Shown here one piece after another: positions 14,420 through 14,600 of a stretch of DNA of 14,600 bases (positions are counted from its first letter, which is position 1; each line of letters opens with the position of its first letter). Location of the stretch: positions 1 through 14,600 of the forward strand of contig JANMQV010000109.1 in assembly GCA_031370645.1 (NCBI GenBank). Reading direction: 5' to 3'. This stretch comes from Candidatus Eiseniibacteriota bacterium (GTDB taxonomy: Bacteria > Eisenbacteria > RBG-16-71-46 > SZUA-252). The notes below the pieces were generated by a model. It was not told the DNA's origin. It saw nothing but the letters and a program-made list of their open reading frames with translations, and did not search any database. The translations under genes were made by a program, and so were the position numbers.

Positions 14420-14600
14420 TCACCTCAACGGCGCGAGTCGCAACATGAGCGCCTGCTGCGCCACCACGTCCGCCGCTCGGGCGACCAACGCGTCGAGATC
14501 GTCCGCCACGGAGATGTGGCGTCCCGACAGCGCATCGCCATCGCCGCTCGCCAATCGAAGAACCAATCGCGTCGATGCCTCCGGTGGAAAGTCCTTCCCC
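14420..14600 (-). CDS. C-terminal end of a probable short-chain dehydrogenase/reductase (SDR) family protein (partial)
   Basis: Manual translation: ...GKDFPPEASTRLVLRLASGDGDALSGRHISVADDLDALVARAADVVAQQALMLRLAPLR*; P.E....V..LAS...D.LSGR.I.V resembles the SDR C-terminal helix-strand; its stop overlaps the RBS of the next gene. Confidence 0.65.
   Translation of the reverse strand, partial: GKDFPPEASTRLVLRLASGDGDALSGRHISVADDLDALVARAADVVAQQALMLRLAPLR

Noticed and set aside
13870-14448. ORFs 13870..14448 (+), 14016..14390 (+) and 13982..14305 (-)
   Set aside because: They overlap the better-supported DUF6504-like gene, which has an RBS and protein-like composition.

Overview
High-GC bacterial chromosomal window with no mobile elements, RNA genes or CRISPR array that I can see. 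The style of the large secreted FG-GAP protein suggests an FCB-group lineage such as Ca. Eisenbacteria (inference only). Gene order: partial lipoprotein (-) with a sigma54-like promoter, secreted TPR protein (+), DinB-family protein (-), SAM-dependent methyltransferase-like gene (-) divergent from a membrane protein/lipoprotein pair (+), exported MsrA (+), a 901-aa double-length tyrosine phenol-lyase-like gene (+), a three-gene sdhCAB operon (-), a 968-aa secreted FG-GAP/Ig/FlgD-like protein (-), a DUF6504-like protein (-) and the 3' end of an SDR oxidoreductase (-). The most striking element is the tandem-duplicated tyrosine phenol-lyase, whose halves have decayed reciprocally: the N-half lost the PLP lysine but kept the residues donated to the partner active site (GDEAY, YEG..TYGG), and the C-half kept the PLP site but lost those donated residues. 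Also notable is a 22-bp intergenic region holding a palindromic TATACT -10 element exactly 7 nt from two divergent start codons, a candidate bidirectional promoter for two leaderless mRNAs. All protein assignments come from motif recognition by eye; no searches were run.
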